Virus record (IMG/VR): IMGVR_UViG_2923307698_000007
Location: 1 to 51,851 of that record
DNA from: a virus
Lineage: Duplodnaviria; Heunggongvirae; Uroviricota; Caudoviricetes
DNA: 51,851 nucleotides
Direction: 5' to 3' (one strand)
A program made the position numbers and the translations under genes. Shown piece after piece: positions 37,492 through 46,803 of this stretch. The notes under the pieces were generated by a model that ran no database searches, had not been told where the DNA came from, and worked only from the letters and a program-made list of their open reading frames with translations. Position 1 is the stretch's first letter. Every line of letters begins with the position of its first letter.

Positions 37492-37934
37492 GCAGCCCTA
37501 CCTTTTCGTTGTGACCATTCATACTCTCGCCGGGAGTCATCACTCCACCGCACGTTGCGCTCTGAGCCGAACCAGAACATGATTTCGATAAGCTCAGTCA
37601 TGTTGGCCTTTCGCATTTTGCTGGTACGCACGCCAAGCATGACAACGCCACCGTCGATACCAGGCGCACTTCTTTGCTCCAGTTTTTTGGTCTTAAGCCA
37701 CAGGGCAGTGAACAGGTCTTTCCAGTCTTCCGGCGCCAGCCGTTGACCATGCCATAGCACCTGACGCGAAACATCGTTCAGCATCGGCCACATGCGGTCA
37801 TTCTGCGCTTTGCTGCGCTTGGGTTCTTTAACGTGGACTTCGTGGGGTGACTTGTCGTCGATGGGTAGTGAGAGAATGGCGTCTATGGCGTTATTTCTGA
37901 TTGCTTCGTTGCGAAGCAGAAAGGTTTGCTTCAT
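37488..37934 (-). CDS. ninB: NinB (Orf family recombination mediator)
   Basis: C-terminal half NDVSRQVLWHGQRL...[24 protein letters not shown] resembles recalled lambda NinB; start at internal ATG. Confidence 0.85.
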   Translation of the reverse strand: MKQTFLLRNEAIRNNAIDAILSLPIDDKSPHEVHVKEPKRSKAQNDRMWPMLNDVSRQVLWHGQRLAPEDWKDLFTALWLKTKKLEQRSAPGIDGGVVMLGVRTSKMRKANMTELIEIMFWFGSERNVRWSDDSRREYEWSQRKGRAA

Positions 37935-38127
37935 CTCCTGCTCTCCGGTTCCATTTTTCAGCCGCCGCAGCAACTGATGGTGCCCATGCCCCCCTGGCTT
38001 CACAGAGGTCACATTCTGCATAGCCCCACACATCAATATTTATTCCGGCCTCAACCCACAGACGAGCATTACCGCCGCAAAACGGACATTCTTTTAGCTT
38101 TGGCTGGGTTAATGATAGGTCGCTCAT
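37891..38127 (-). CDS. Lar-like zinc-finger protein (restriction alleviation family)
   Basis: CPFCGG...C..C...WNRR architecture; start at internal ATG with AAGGAG RBS. Confidence 0.5.
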   Translation of the reverse strand: MSDLSLTQPKLKECPFCGGNARLWVEAGINIDVWGYAECDLCEARGAWAPSVAAAAEKWNRRAGDEANLSASQRSNQK

Positions 38128-38137
38128 GCTCACTCCT

Positions 38138-38353
38138 TCACTTAAAATCCAGACTCCGGATAATTCTGTTGCGCTGAAACTCATTGTTGAGTTTGAACAA
38201 CCGTCGAAGAACACGGTCACGCGGATAGCGTCGTGCGGCAGGTGAATGCTCATACAACTCATCAAGCGGCAAACTGGACGATGAACGATACCGATACCAA
38301 CGCACCAACTCTTCACGAAAATTAGCCCTGACAAGCTCAGCTATCGTACTCAT
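38138..38353 (-). CDS. Hypothetical protein
   Basis: 71-aa ORF with GAGGAGG RBS. Confidence 0.5.
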   Translation of the reverse strand: MSTIAELVRANFREELVRWYRYRSSSSLPLDELYEHSPAARRYPRDRVLRRLFKLNNEFQRNRIIRSLDFK

Positions 38354-38485
38354 TTCTTAAAACCTCCTCAAACGCATTCTGACGCATTTTTCATTCTCGC
38401 TGCTTATTGGCATGCCTTGCACGTGCTTACCTCACCACAGAGCGATTGTGATGCCTTAAAAGCGATTTATTGAAGTGATATTTGC

Positions 38486-38764
38486 TTAATCGAAATTCTT
38501 TTCTTTGATTCCTGCGGCCCTGATGGCTTTCATTACTGCAATTACCGTTTTGTCACGCCCATCCTCATAACCCATCGCATAAGCACCTTCTTCACCATCT
38601 TTCCAAAGGTCGTCATTCGATTCGGGCCAGTCGATATCCAGTTCAATAGCAGAGCGCGATGCCTGCCATATCACCCAGGCAAACTCTTTTAATTCATCGT
38701 CTCCCGTGAACTGGCTTTTGTCTTTTGACCACCAGTTTTCAAACTGTCGGTAGCTATCGTTCAC
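38486..38764 (-). CDS. Hypothetical acidic protein
   Basis: ORF with likely GTG start after GGGAGAGGG RBS, directly downstream of a terminator-like hairpin. Confidence 0.45.
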   Translation of the reverse strand: MNDSYRQFENWWSKDKSQFTGDDELKEFAWVIWQASRSAIELDIDWPESNDDLWKDGEEGAYAMGYEDGRDKTVIAVMKAIRAAGIKEKNFD

Positions 38765-38777
38765 TTCCCTCTCCCCC

Positions 38778-38809
38778 AAATAAAAAGGCCTGCGATTACC
38801 AGCAGGCCT
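38778..38809 (-). terminator. Terminator-like hairpin with U-tract
   Basis: 8-bp stem aggcctgc/gcaggcct at 38786-38809, U5 on minus strand. Confidence 0.45.
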
Positions 38810-38834
38810 GTTATTAGCTCAGTGATGTAGATGG

Positions 38835-39125
38835 TCATCTTTTAACTCCATATACCGCCAATACCCGTTTCATCGCTGCACTCTGGCGACACTCCTTAAA
38901 AATCAGGTTCGTGCTCACCTTTCCTTCCCGTTCTTCCCTGGTAGCAAACCGGTAATACACCGTTCGCCAGACCTTACCATCAATGACCAGGATTCCTGCC
39001 CGCGCCATTTTAGCCGCAGCCTGATTTATGCTGGTTACGGTTGCGCCTGTTACCGCGGAAACGTCCTGTGCACAGAAGTTCTTATGCGTCCCGAGGTAAT
39101 GAATAATTGCCTCTTTGCCCGTCAT
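38835..39125 (-). CDS. Hypothetical protein with putative winged-helix DNA-binding fold
   Basis: 96-aa ORF immediately downstream of P; HTH-like segment VTSINQAAAKMARAGIL. Confidence 0.5.
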   Translation of the reverse strand: MTGKEAIIHYLGTHKNFCAQDVSAVTGATVTSINQAAAKMARAGILVIDGKVWRTVYYRFATREEREGKVSTNLIFKECRQSAAMKRVLAVYGVKR

Positions 39126-39823
39126 ACACTTGCTCCTTTCAGTCCGAACTTAGCTTTAATTTCTGCGATCTTCGCCAGAGCCTGTGCTCGATTTAGAGGT
39201 CTGCCGCCCATGACAGGAAGTTGTTTTACTGGTTCAGGTATCGTCTCACCACGGTTAATTCGTGCTGTCATACAGGTCAGTTCATCGGCAGCCTTGCGCC
39301 GTAATTCCGCGTCAGTCAGCGCATTGGCCCGCATGTTCTGGTACAGGTTGGTAACCAGCCAGTAGTGCGCGTTTGATTTCCACGGATAAGACTCTGCATC
39401 CGGATACAGGCCACGCTTCCGGCAATACTCGTAAACCATATCAACCAGCTCGCTGACGTTTGGCAGTCCGACGATAACGGATGCTTCTTCCCGGCACCAT
39501 GCAACAAACTGCCCGGGTGATGGAAGAAATGGTCGATTCTGCCGACGGGCTACGCGCATTCCTGCGTTAACCTGTTCCATCGAGGTGATCCCGTTTTCCC
39601 GGAAAGCCAGAACCCACTGGCGGCGGATTTCATTCAGTTCGTTCTGGTCCCGGTTAGCCAGACTCGCCGGGAAAGTTGCCAGTAACTGGCTGAACACACC
39701 GTTGATGATCTGCGCTACCTGTTGTACCTGCGGCTTTTCGTCGTACTGTTCCGGCATGTTGTTGGCGATCCGACGCATCTGCTCACGGTCAAAGTTAACC
39801 ATCTGTGCGGCGATGTTTTTCAT
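39122..39823 (-). CDS. P: Replication protein P (DnaB helicase loader)
   Basis: 233 aa, near identical to recalled lambda P (MKNIAAQMVNFDREQMRRIANNMPEQYDEKPQ...). Confidence 0.95.
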   Translation of the reverse strand: MKNIAAQMVNFDREQMRRIANNMPEQYDEKPQVQQVAQIINGVFSQLLATFPASLANRDQNELNEIRRQWVLAFRENGITSMEQVNAGMRVARRQNRPFLPSPGQFVAWCREEASVIVGLPNVSELVDMVYEYCRKRGLYPDAESYPWKSNAHYWLVTNLYQNMRANALTDAELRRKAADELTCMTARINRGETIPEPVKQLPVMGGRPLNRAQALAKIAEIKAKFGLKGASV

Positions 39824-40758
39824 AAATCCACCCCGTAAATCCAGTCAGTGTTTGTCAGGTCGAGTTTTGGTTTTCCAGCTGTCACGCCAGCCTGTTGCTT
39901 GTTACGGTTGATTTCGAGTTGGGTCCACTTGTCGCGGAGTTTGGCCGGACTTAGCACGTTACCGGACCAGAAGTTGTCCTGGCATGCCCAGCGGAACAGC
40001 ACGCACATGTCGCGGTGGTTACGTCCGTCACGTTCACGCATCAGGCGGATATCGTTAGCCCACCCTGCAAAATTCGGTTTTCTGGCTGATGGTGCGATGG
40101 TCTTCACCATGTCAAACATCCACTCTGCGGCGGTCAGGTCTTCTGCTGTTCCCCACTTGCTGCCGCTCTGAATTGCAGCATCCGGTTTAACCACAGAAAG
40201 ATCGTTTTCTGGCTGGTCAGAGGATTCGCCAGAATTCTCTGACGAATAATCTTTTCTTTTTTCTTTTGTAATAGTGTCTTTTGTGTCCCCCTGTTTTGAG
40301 GGATAGCAATCCCCTAATTTGAGGGATGTTTTATCCCTCGTTTTAGGGGATTTTCCCTCGTTTTGAGGGATGTCCCTCATTTTAGGGGAACCTCCCTCGT
40401 TTTGAGGGATGCACCATTCTGAGATGTTTTTATTTGGTCCAAACATGCCGCCTTGCTGCTTGATAATATTCATTCTGACGAGTTCTAACTTGGCTTCATT
40501 GCACCGTTTGACAGGTAACTTTGTAATCTCGCTAAGTTGAGAATCGGTGATTCTGTCCATTGGTTTATTCCACCCATAGGTTTTACGCAGAATGGCAAGC
40601 AGCACTTTAAACTGTCGCTTGGTCAGATCTGCGCCTGAATAAGCCTCAATCAGCATATTTGATAGTCTGGCGTAACCATCATCGAGATCTGCCACATTAC
40701 GCTCCTGTTCGGCAAAGTTACCTCTGCCGAAGTTGAGTATTTTTGCTGTATTTGTCAT
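39820..40758 (-). CDS. O: Replication initiator O
   Basis: 312 aa, near identical to recalled lambda O, with extra in-frame repeat in the iteron-encoded linker. Confidence 0.95.
   Translation of the reverse strand: MTNTAKILNFGRGNFAEQERNVADLDDGYARLSNMLIEAYSGADLTKRQFKVLLAILRKTYGWNKPMDRITDSQLSEITKLPVKRCNEAKLELVRMNIIKQQGGMFGPNKNISEWCIPQNEGGSPKMRDIPQNEGKSPKTRDKTSLKLGDCYPSKQGDTKDTITKEKRKDYSSENSGESSDQPENDLSVVKPDAAIQSGSKWGTAEDLTAAEWMFDMVKTIAPSARKPNFAGWANDIRLMRERDGRNHRDMCVLFRWACQDNFWSGNVLSPAKLRDKWTQLEINRNKQQAGVTAGKPKLDLTNTDWIYGVDL
40240..40409. repeat. ori: Origin of replication: six iteron-like repeats plus adjacent AT-rich tract inside O
   Basis: Repeats of tccctc-N6-gaggga type at 40286-40409; AT-rich 40240-40285. 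Confidence 0.8.
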
Positions 40759-40790
40759 AATGACTCCTGTTGATAGATCCAGTAATGACC

Positions 40791-41087
40791 TCAGAACTCC
40801 ATCTGGATTTGTTCAGAACGCTCGGTTGCCGCCGGGCGTTTTTTATTGGTGAGTCCATCAAGCGCATACTTAAAAGCCCTGCTAATCGGACTGATGTCTG
40901 ATGCCATTCCGAAAGCACACAAGACCGAAGCAATAAATCTCCAGTCCGTTCTGCTTATCTTCGATTCATGACAGCCAATCATCTTTGCCAGACCGCGCTG
41001 GGTAATAGCTGACAGATTGATAAGTAAATCTGTTTCTGCGCGATCAACGTCACGCTGTGATAGTTTGCTGTAACTTGTTCTTTCCAT
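40791..41087 (-). CDS. cII: Transcriptional activator cII
   Basis: 98 aa; C-terminus TNKKRPAATERSEQIQMEF identical to recalled lambda cII. Confidence 0.85.
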   Translation of the reverse strand: MERTSYSKLSQRDVDRAETDLLINLSAITQRGLAKMIGCHESKISRTDWRFIASVLCAFGMASDISPISRAFKYALDGLTNKKRPAATERSEQIQMEF

Positions 41088-41146
41088 TTGTTAATTTTCC
41101 TATATTGATATATAGCGGCACACCCAGTGGATTTGCCGCTGATGTT

Positions 41147-41189
41147 TGCTCACCCGGTTAGAGGTGAAAGGCCAGAACTGTTAAAGAGC
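41147..41189 (-). promoter_or_regulatory. nutR: nutR (boxA GCTCTTTAACA plus boxB hairpin with CTAACC loop)
   Basis: boxA identical to the copy in nutL; boxB stem-loop with same 6-nt loop. Confidence 0.5.
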
Positions 41190-41196
41190 AATTTAC

Positions 41197-41382
41197 TTAT
41201 GCCGCTTGGCGGTAAGCACTTTCTTGATACTTCAGGGCGCCAGCTGTAACGATTTCCAATCGATAGGCGTCTTTCTCTGGGATAACTTCTTTCCACTGAG
41301 AGACTGCTGCATCGCTAATGCCTAGTGCTTTAGCAACAGCACGCTGGGTTCCGAAGTGGTCAATAACATCTTTTTTGTACAT
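41197..41382 (-). CDS. cro: Cro repressor (P22-type)
   Basis: 61 aa MYKKDVIDHFGTQRAVAKALGISDAAVSQWKE... matches recalled P22 Cro. Confidence 0.85.
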   Translation of the reverse strand: MYKKDVIDHFGTQRAVAKALGISDAAVSQWKEVIPEKDAYRLEIVTAGALKYQESAYRQAA

Positions 41383-41395
41383 AGACTCGCTCCGA

Positions 41396-41458
41396 AATTA
41401 AAGAACACTTAAATTATCCACCAAGGGAATCTTAAGTCAAGTTTATTTAAGATGTCTT
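41396..41458. promoter_or_regulatory. OR operator region with P22-type palindromic half-sites (pR/pRM)
   Basis: aTTAAAGaacaCTTAAAT and ATTTAAGatgtCTTAACT palindromes between divergent cro and c2. Confidence 0.5.
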
Positions 41459-41462
41459 AACT

Positions 41463-42113
41463 ATGAATACACAACTGATGGGTGAGCGTATTCGCGCTCG
41501 CAGAAAAGAACTCAAGATTAGGCAGGCTGCCCTTGGCAAGATGGTTGGCGTGTCTAATGTTGCTATTTCCCAATGGGAGCGATCTGAAACTGAGCCCAAT
41601 GGCGAAAACCTATTGGCCTTAGCCAAGGCTTTGCAGTGCTCCCCTGATTACCTGTTGAAAGGAGAGGATAGTCTTTCAAACATTGCCTATCACAGCAGGC
41701 ATGATCCAAGAGGTTCGTATCCTCTAATTAGTTGGGTAAGCGCAGGATGTTGGATGGAAGCTGTAGAGCCATATCATAGGCGTGCAATAGATAACTGGTA
41801 CGACACAACGGTAGATTGTTCTGAAGACTCTTTTTGGCTCGACGTTAAAGGTGATTCAATGACTGCCCCGGCAGGACTGAGTATTCCTGAAGGGATGATT
41901 ATTCTCGTCGACCCAGAAGTCGAACCACGTAATGGAAAGCTGGTAGTCGCCAAACTTGAAGGAGAAAACGAGGCGACATTCAAAAAGTTAGTTATTGATG
42001 CCGGTAGAAAATTCCTGAAACCACTCAATCCACAATACCCAATGATTGAAATCAATGGGAACTGTAAAATCATTGGCGTTGTCGTTGATGCCAAGCTAGC
42101 AAACCTTCCTTAA
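41463..42113 (+). CDS. c2: C2 repressor (P22-type, LexA-like autopeptidase fold)
   Basis: 216 aa, near identical to recalled P22 C2. Confidence 0.95.
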   Translation: MNTQLMGERIRARRKELKIRQAALGKMVGVSNVAISQWERSETEPNGENLLALAKALQCSPDYLLKGEDSLSNIAYHSRHDPRGSYPLISWVSAGCWMEAVEPYHRRAIDNWYDTTVDCSEDSFWLDVKGDSMTAPAGLSIPEGMIILVDPEVEPRNGKLVVAKLEGENEATFKKLVIDAGRKFLKPLNPQYPMIEINGNCKIIGVVVDAKLANLP

Positions 42114-42134
42114 GGGGCTTTCGCCCCTTTTTTA
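42113..42134 (+). terminator. Terminator-like hairpin after c2
   Basis: ggggc-ttc-gcccc followed by T7. Confidence 0.45.
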
Positions 42135-42277
42135 TTTCCCGTTAAAAATCAAAGACAAACTAAATTCGCGCCCATAAAATTAAGTTTTCTTCAAAAATGC
42201 ACTTGACCAACAAATTAAGAGGTCTTAAATTTAAGCCGTCAGCAGGAGGCTGGAAGCCAAACGGAACAGATTGGCAG

Positions 42278-42317
42278 GCTCTTTAACATCGACGAACTCT
42301 CAACCTAACCGTTGAGA
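42278..42317 (+). promoter_or_regulatory. nutL: nutL (boxA GCTCTTTAACA and boxB hairpin tctcaac-CTAACC-gttgaga)
   Basis: Shares boxA and boxB loop with nutR; upstream of N. Confidence 0.5.
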
Positions 42318-42427
42318 CCAGAACTTGAGTGGTTTTGGGGATGGCGCGAATTGCAGCTGCAAGACAGCGATCGAGAAGATAAGCACCTCGACGCGTCATG
42401 CGCCAAAGCCACTTAAAGGAGACCATC

Positions 42428-42733
42428 ATGGTAACCATTGTCTGGAAAGAATCCAAAGGTACGGCAAAAAGCCGCTACAAAGCTCGCAGAGCAGAACTTA
42501 TTGCCGAGCGACGCAGTAATGAAGCACTGGCGCGAAAAATTGCGCTAAAGCTCTCTGGTTGCGTCAGAGCAGACAAAGCAGCATCACTAGGAAGCCTTTG
42601 CTGCAAGAAGAAAGAAGAAGTTGTTCGAAAAAATAGAAGTATTTATTACAAGGATTCAAACCCATTAGGAAACAAAATACATGCAGTCCAAAAAATAAAA
42701 TTGTACAGTAAACTACCGTACGGTGCTTATTGA
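42428..42733 (+). CDS. N: Antiterminator N (phage 21-type arginine-rich motif)
   Basis: GTAKSRYKARRAELIAERR arginine-rich motif near N-terminus; AAGGAG RBS; downstream of OL/nutL. Confidence 0.7.
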   Translation: MVTIVWKESKGTAKSRYKARRAELIAERRSNEALARKIALKLSGCVRADKAASLGSLCCKKKEEVVRKNRSIYYKDSNPLGNKIHAVQKIKLYSKLPYGAY

Positions 42734-42735
42734 GT

Positions 42736-43074
42736 ATGCTTATGGTGAAAAAGACTATTTATGTTAATCCTGACCGCGGACAAAACAGAAAAGTATCTGA
42801 TAGAGGTCTTACATCTCGAGACAGGAGGAGAATAGCGAGATGGGAAAAGAGGATAGCATATGCATTAAAAAACGGTGTAACACCTGGATTTAATGCTATA
42901 GATGACGGTCCTGAATATAAGATTAATGAAGACCCAATGGACAAAGTTGACAAAGCATTAGCAACACCATTTCCTCGCGATGTCGAAAAAATTGAAGATG
43001 AAAAATATGAGGATGTAATGCACAGAGTTGTTAATCACGCTCACCAACGAAATCCAAATAAAAAATGGTCATAG
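42736..43074 (+). CDS. nun: Nun transcription termination / exclusion protein (HK022-type)
   Basis: DRGLTSRDRRRIARWEKRIAYALKNGV arginine-rich motif and C-terminal ...NPNKKWS match recalled HK022 Nun. Confidence 0.85.
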   Translation: MLMVKKTIYVNPDRGQNRKVSDRGLTSRDRRRIARWEKRIAYALKNGVTPGFNAIDDGPEYKINEDPMDKVDKALATPFPRDVEKIEDEKYEDVMHRVVNHAHQRNPNKKWS

Positions 43075-43084
43075 CCCACTTCGG

Positions 43085-43106
43085 TGGGTTTTTTATTGGC
43101 TGAACT
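43085..43106 (+). terminator. Intrinsic terminator after nun
   Basis: cccacttcggtggg hairpin followed by T6. Confidence 0.6.
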
Positions 43107-43207
43107 AACCGAATTTATTACAGCAAGCCACGCAGTGAAATGGGTGTGACTTGTGTTGGTCGCCAGAAAATGAAATTAGGCAGCAAACCACTTATTTGAG
43201 GTGAGAT

Positions 43208-43678
43208 ATGACAAAATCATGGAGCGTACCTTTTCCTGAATCAGAAACTGAACATGATGGAATGCCTGTTTTCTGGAGATTCCAGGCGACAGTTGAAGAA
43301 GATGGGATAAAAATATTCGCACTTCAATATATAGCTTTTCATCAGACAGAGCATTATGCATGGTTGGTTCCTGCGCATTGGATTGTTAATTTTAAACCAG
43401 CACCAAATCAGTGGTTACAGGAATGGAAACAAAGGAGAAATAGATATGCAATTAAGAAAGTAGCAAAAAATGCAGAAAGATCTTTTGCATTCCCAACGAA
43501 GAAACTTGCCATTGAGAGTTTATTGCGCCGGAAGAAATACCATTTAATGAGAATCAAACAAGATTTGGCTGTTGTATCAACTCTTGTTGATGGGATGAAG
43601 AATATTGATACATCAACACCAGATATTGAATATAACTTTGGGCACAACCAAGAAACAGAAAATTGGGTATTTTATTAG
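43208..43678 (+). CDS. Hypothetical protein (ORFan at sieB/ral-equivalent position)
   Basis: 156-aa ORF with GAGGTGAGAT RBS; no recognisable motif; lower GC than flanks. Confidence 0.5.
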   Translation: MTKSWSVPFPESETEHDGMPVFWRFQATVEEDGIKIFALQYIAFHQTEHYAWLVPAHWIVNFKPAPNQWLQEWKQRRNRYAIKKVAKNAERSFAFPTKKLAIESLLRRKKYHLMRIKQDLAVVSTLVDGMKNIDTSTPDIEYNFGHNQETENWVFY

Positions 43679-43782
43679 TACGAGTAAGCACTGTGTATTC
43701 ATTCCAACGAGTGAATACACGGAGCAATGTCGCTCGTAACTAAACAGGAGCCGACTTGTTCTGATTATTGGAAATCTTCTTT

Positions 43783-43809
43783 GCCCTCTAATGTGAGGGC
43801 GATTTTTTT
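43783..43809 (+). terminator. Terminator-like hairpin with T-run between the two ORFans
   Basis: gccct-N8-agggc followed by T7. Confidence 0.35.
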
Positions 43810-43827
43810 CTGTGAGGATATGAACAG

Positions 43828-44196
43828 ATGTCAAACATCAAAAAATACATCATTGATTACGACTGGAAAGCATCAATAGAAATTGAAATCGACCATGACG
43901 TAATGAAAGAGGAAAAACTTCACCAGATTAATAATTTCTGGTCAGACTCTGAATACCGACTAAATAAACACGGCTCTTTATTAAATGCTGTATTAATCAT
44001 GCTGGCGCAACATGCTCTGCTTATAGCAATTTCGAAAGACTTAAATGCATATGGTGTTGTGTGTGAGTTCGACTGGAATGATGGAAATGGTCAGGAAGGA
44101 TGGCCTCCAATGGATGGTAGCGAAGGAATAAGAATTACCGATATCGATACATCAGGAATATTTGATTCAGATGATATGACTATCAAGGCCGCCTGA
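43828..44196 (+). CDS. Hypothetical acidic protein (ORFan)
   Basis: 122-aa ORF with GAGGA RBS; Asp/Glu-rich C-terminus. Confidence 0.5.
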   Translation: MSNIKKYIIDYDWKASIEIEIDHDVMKEEKLHQINNFWSDSEYRLNKHGSLLNAVLIMLAQHALLIAISKDLNAYGVVCEFDWNDGNGQEGWPPMDGSEGIRITDIDTSGIFDSDDMTIKAA

Positions 44197-44268
44197 GTGC
44201 GGTTTTACCGCATACCAATAACGCTTCACTCGAGGCGTTTTTCGTTATGTATAAATAAGGAGCACACC

Positions 44269-44433
44269 ATGCAATATGCCATTGCAGGGTGGCCTGTTGC
44301 TGGCTGCCCTTCCGAATCTTTACTTGAACGAATCACCCGTAAATTACGTGACGGATGGAAACGCCTTATCGACATACTTAATCAGCCAGGAGTCCCAAAA
44401 AATGGATCAAACACTTATGGCTATCCAGACTAA
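44269..44433 (+). CDS. cIII: cIII (FtsH inhibitor)
   Basis: 54 aa [54 protein letters not shown] matches recalled lambda cIII. Confidence 0.9.
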   Translation: MQYAIAGWPVAGCPSESLLERITRKLRDGWKRLIDILNQPGVPKNGSNTYGYPD

Positions 44434-44545
44434 ATTCACTATCGCCACTTTTATTGGCGATGAAAAGATGTTTCGTGAGGCCGTCGACGCTTATAAAAAA
44501 TGGATATTAATACTGAAACTGAGATCAAGCAAAAGCATTCACTAA
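44402..44545 (+). CDS. kil: Kil (FtsZ inhibitor)
   Basis: 47 aa [47 protein letters not shown] matches recalled lambda Kil. Confidence 0.85.
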   Translation: MDQTLMAIQTKFTIATFIGDEKMFREAVDAYKKWILILKLRSSKSIH

Positions 44546-44916
44546 CCCTCTTTCCTGTTTTCCTAATCAGCCCGGCATTTCGCGGGCGATATTTTCATAG
44601 CTATTTCAGGAGTTCAGCCATGAACGCTTATTACATTCAGGATCGTCTTGAGGCTCAGAGCTGGGCGCGTCACTACCAGCAGATCGCCCGTGAAGAGAAA
44701 GAGGCAGAACTGGCAGACGACATGGAAAAAGGCCTGCCCCAGCACCTGTTTGAATCGCTATGCTTCGATCATTTGCAACGCCACGGGGCCAGCAAAAAAG
44801 CCATTACCCGTGCGTTTGATGACGATGTTGAGTTTCAGGAGCGCATGGCAGAACACATCCGGTACATGGTTGAAACCATTGCTCACCACCAGGTTGATAT
44901 TGATTCAGAGGTATAA
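44500..44916 (+). CDS. gam: Gam (RecBCD inhibitor)
   Basis: 138 aa [16 protein letters not shown]...[21 protein letters not shown] matches recalled lambda Gam. Confidence 0.9.
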   Translation: MDINTETEIKQKHSLTLFPVFLISPAFRGRYFHSYFRSSAMNAYYIQDRLEAQSWARHYQQIAREEKEAELADDMEKGLPQHLFESLCFDHLQRHGASKKAITRAFDDDVEFQERMAEHIRYMVETIAHHQVDIDSEV

Positions 44917-44921
44917 AACGG

Positions 44922-45707
44922 ATGAGTACAGCACTCGCAACGCTGGCAGGGAAGCTGGCTGAACGTGTCGGCATGGATTCTGTCGACCCACAGGAACTGA
45001 TCACCACTCTTCGCCAGACGGCATTTAAAGGCGATGCCAGCGATGCGCAGTTCATCGCATTGCTGATCGTCGCCAACCAGTACGGCCTTAATCCGTGGAC
45101 GAAAGAAATTTACGCCTTCCCTGACAAGCAGAACGGCATCGTTCCGGTGGTGGGCGTTGATGGCTGGTCCCGTATCATCAATGAAAACCAGCAGTTTGAT
45201 GGCATGGACTTTGAGCAGGACAATGAATCCTGCACATGCCGGATTTACCGCAAGGACCGTAATCATCCGATCTGCGTTACCGAGTGGATGGATGAATGCC
45301 GCCGCGAACCATTCAAAACCCGCGAAGGCAGAGAAATCACGGGGCCGTGGCAGTCGCATCCCAAACGGATGTTACGGCATAAAGCCATGATTCAGTGTGC
45401 CCGTCTCGCCTTCGGATTTGCTGGTATCTATGACAAGGATGAAGCCGAGCGCATTGTCGAAAATACCGCATACACTGCAGAACGTCAGCCGGAACGCGAC
45501 ATCACTCCGGTTAACGATGAAACCATGCAGGAGATTAACACTCTGCTGATCGCCCTGGATAAAACATGGGATGACGACTTATTGCCGCTCTGTTCCCAGA
45601 TATTTCGCCGCGACATTCGCGCATCGTCAGAACTGACACAGGCCGAAGCAGTGAGAGCTCTTGGATTCCTGAAACAGAAAGCCACTGAGCAGAAGGTGGC
45701 AGCATGA
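44922..45707 (+). CDS. bet: Bet (Red beta single-strand annealing protein)
   Basis: 261 aa, near identical to recalled lambda Bet. Confidence 0.95.
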   Translation: MSTALATLAGKLAERVGMDSVDPQELITTLRQTAFKGDASDAQFIALLIVANQYGLNPWTKEIYAFPDKQNGIVPVVGVDGWSRIINENQQFDGMDFEQDNESCTCRIYRKDRNHPICVTEWMDECRREPFKTREGREITGPWQSHPKRMLRHKAMIQCARLAFGFAGIYDKDEAERIVENTAYTAERQPERDITPVNDETMQEINTLLIALDKTWDDDLLPLCSQIFRRDIRASSELTQAEAVRALGFLKQKATEQKVAA

Positions 45708-46384
45708 CACCGGACATTATCCTGCAGCGTACCGGGATCGACGTGAGAGCAGTCGAACAGGGGGATGATGCGTGGCACAAATTACGACTCGGCGTCATCA
45801 CCGCTTCAGAAGTTCACAACGTGATAGCAAAACCCCGCTCAGGAAAAAAGTGGCCTGACATGAAAATGTCCTACTTCCACACCCTGCTGGCTGAGGTTTG
45901 CACCGGTGCGGCTCCGGAAGTTAACGCTAAGGCTCTGGCCTGGGGAAAACAGTACGAGAACGACGCCAGAACCCTCTTTGAGTTCACTTCCGGCGTTAAT
46001 GTTACTGAATCCCCGATCATCTATCGCGACGAAAGTATGCGCACCGCCTGCTCTCCCGATGGTTTATGCAGTGACGGCAACGGCCTTGAACTGAAATGCC
46101 CGTTTACCTCCCGGGATTTCATGAAATTCCGGCTCGGTGGTTTCGAGGCCATAAAATCGGCTTACCTGGCCCAGGTGCAGTACAGCATGTGGGTGACACG
46201 AAAAGATGCCTGGTACTTTGCCAACTATGACCCGCGTATGAAGCGTGAAGGCCTGCATTATGTCGTGGTTGAGCGGGATGAAAAGTACATGGCGGGTTTT
46301 GACGAGATGGTGCCGGAGTTCATCGAAAAAATGGACGAGGCACTGGCTGAAATTGGTTTTGTATTTGGGGAGCAATGGCGATGA
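45704..46384 (+). CDS. exo: Exo (Red alpha 5 prime to 3 prime exonuclease)
   Basis: 226 aa, near identical to recalled lambda Exo. Confidence 0.95.
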   Translation: MTPDIILQRTGIDVRAVEQGDDAWHKLRLGVITASEVHNVIAKPRSGKKWPDMKMSYFHTLLAEVCTGAAPEVNAKALAWGKQYENDARTLFEFTSGVNVTESPIIYRDESMRTACSPDGLCSDGNGLELKCPFTSRDFMKFRLGGFEAIKSAYLAQVQYSMWVTRKDAWYFANYDPRMKREGLHYVVVERDEKYMAGFDEMVPEFIEKMDEALAEIGFVFGEQWR

Positions 46385-46563
46385 AGCATCCTCACGATAA
46401 TATCCGGGTAGGTGCGATCACTTTCGTCTACTCCGTTACAAAGCGAGGCTGGGTATTTCCCGGCCTTTCTGTTATCCAAAATCCACTGAAAGCCCAGCGG
46501 CTGGCTGAGGAGATAAATAATAAACGAGGGGCTGTATGCACAAAGCATCTCCTGTTGAGTTAA
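46381..46563 (+). CDS. Lambda orf60a-like small protein
   Basis: [26 protein letters not shown]... resembles recalled lambda orf60a. Confidence 0.65.
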   Translation: MKHPHDNIRVGAITFVYSVTKRGWVFPGLSVIQNPLKAQRLAEEINNKRGAVCTKHLLLS

Positions 46564-46727
46564 GAACGAGCATTGAGATGGCACATAGCCTTGCTCAAAT
46601 TGGAGTCAGGTTTGTGCCAATACCAGTAGAAACAGACGAAGAATTTCATACGTTAGCCGCATCCCTTTCACAAAAGCTGGAAATGATGGTGGCGAAAGCA
46701 GAAGCAGATGAGAGAGACCAGGTATGA
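46536..46727 (+). CDS. Lambda orf63-like small protein
   Basis: 63-aa ORF following orf60a, lambda b-region synteny. Confidence 0.65.
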   Translation: MHKASPVELRTSIEMAHSLAQIGVRFVPIPVETDEEFHTLAASLSQKLEMMVAKAEADERDQV

Positions 46728-46803
46728 CAACCACTGAATGCATTTTTCTGGCAGCGGGCTTCATATTCTGTGTGCTTATGCTTGCCGACATGGGACTTGT
46801 TCA

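Noticed and set aside
40286-40409. Possible CRISPR array (regular short repeats)
   Set aside because: The repeats are ori iterons inside the O gene, with no unique spacers and no cas genes; the 162-bp repeats at 16690..17450 are likewise coding tandem repeats
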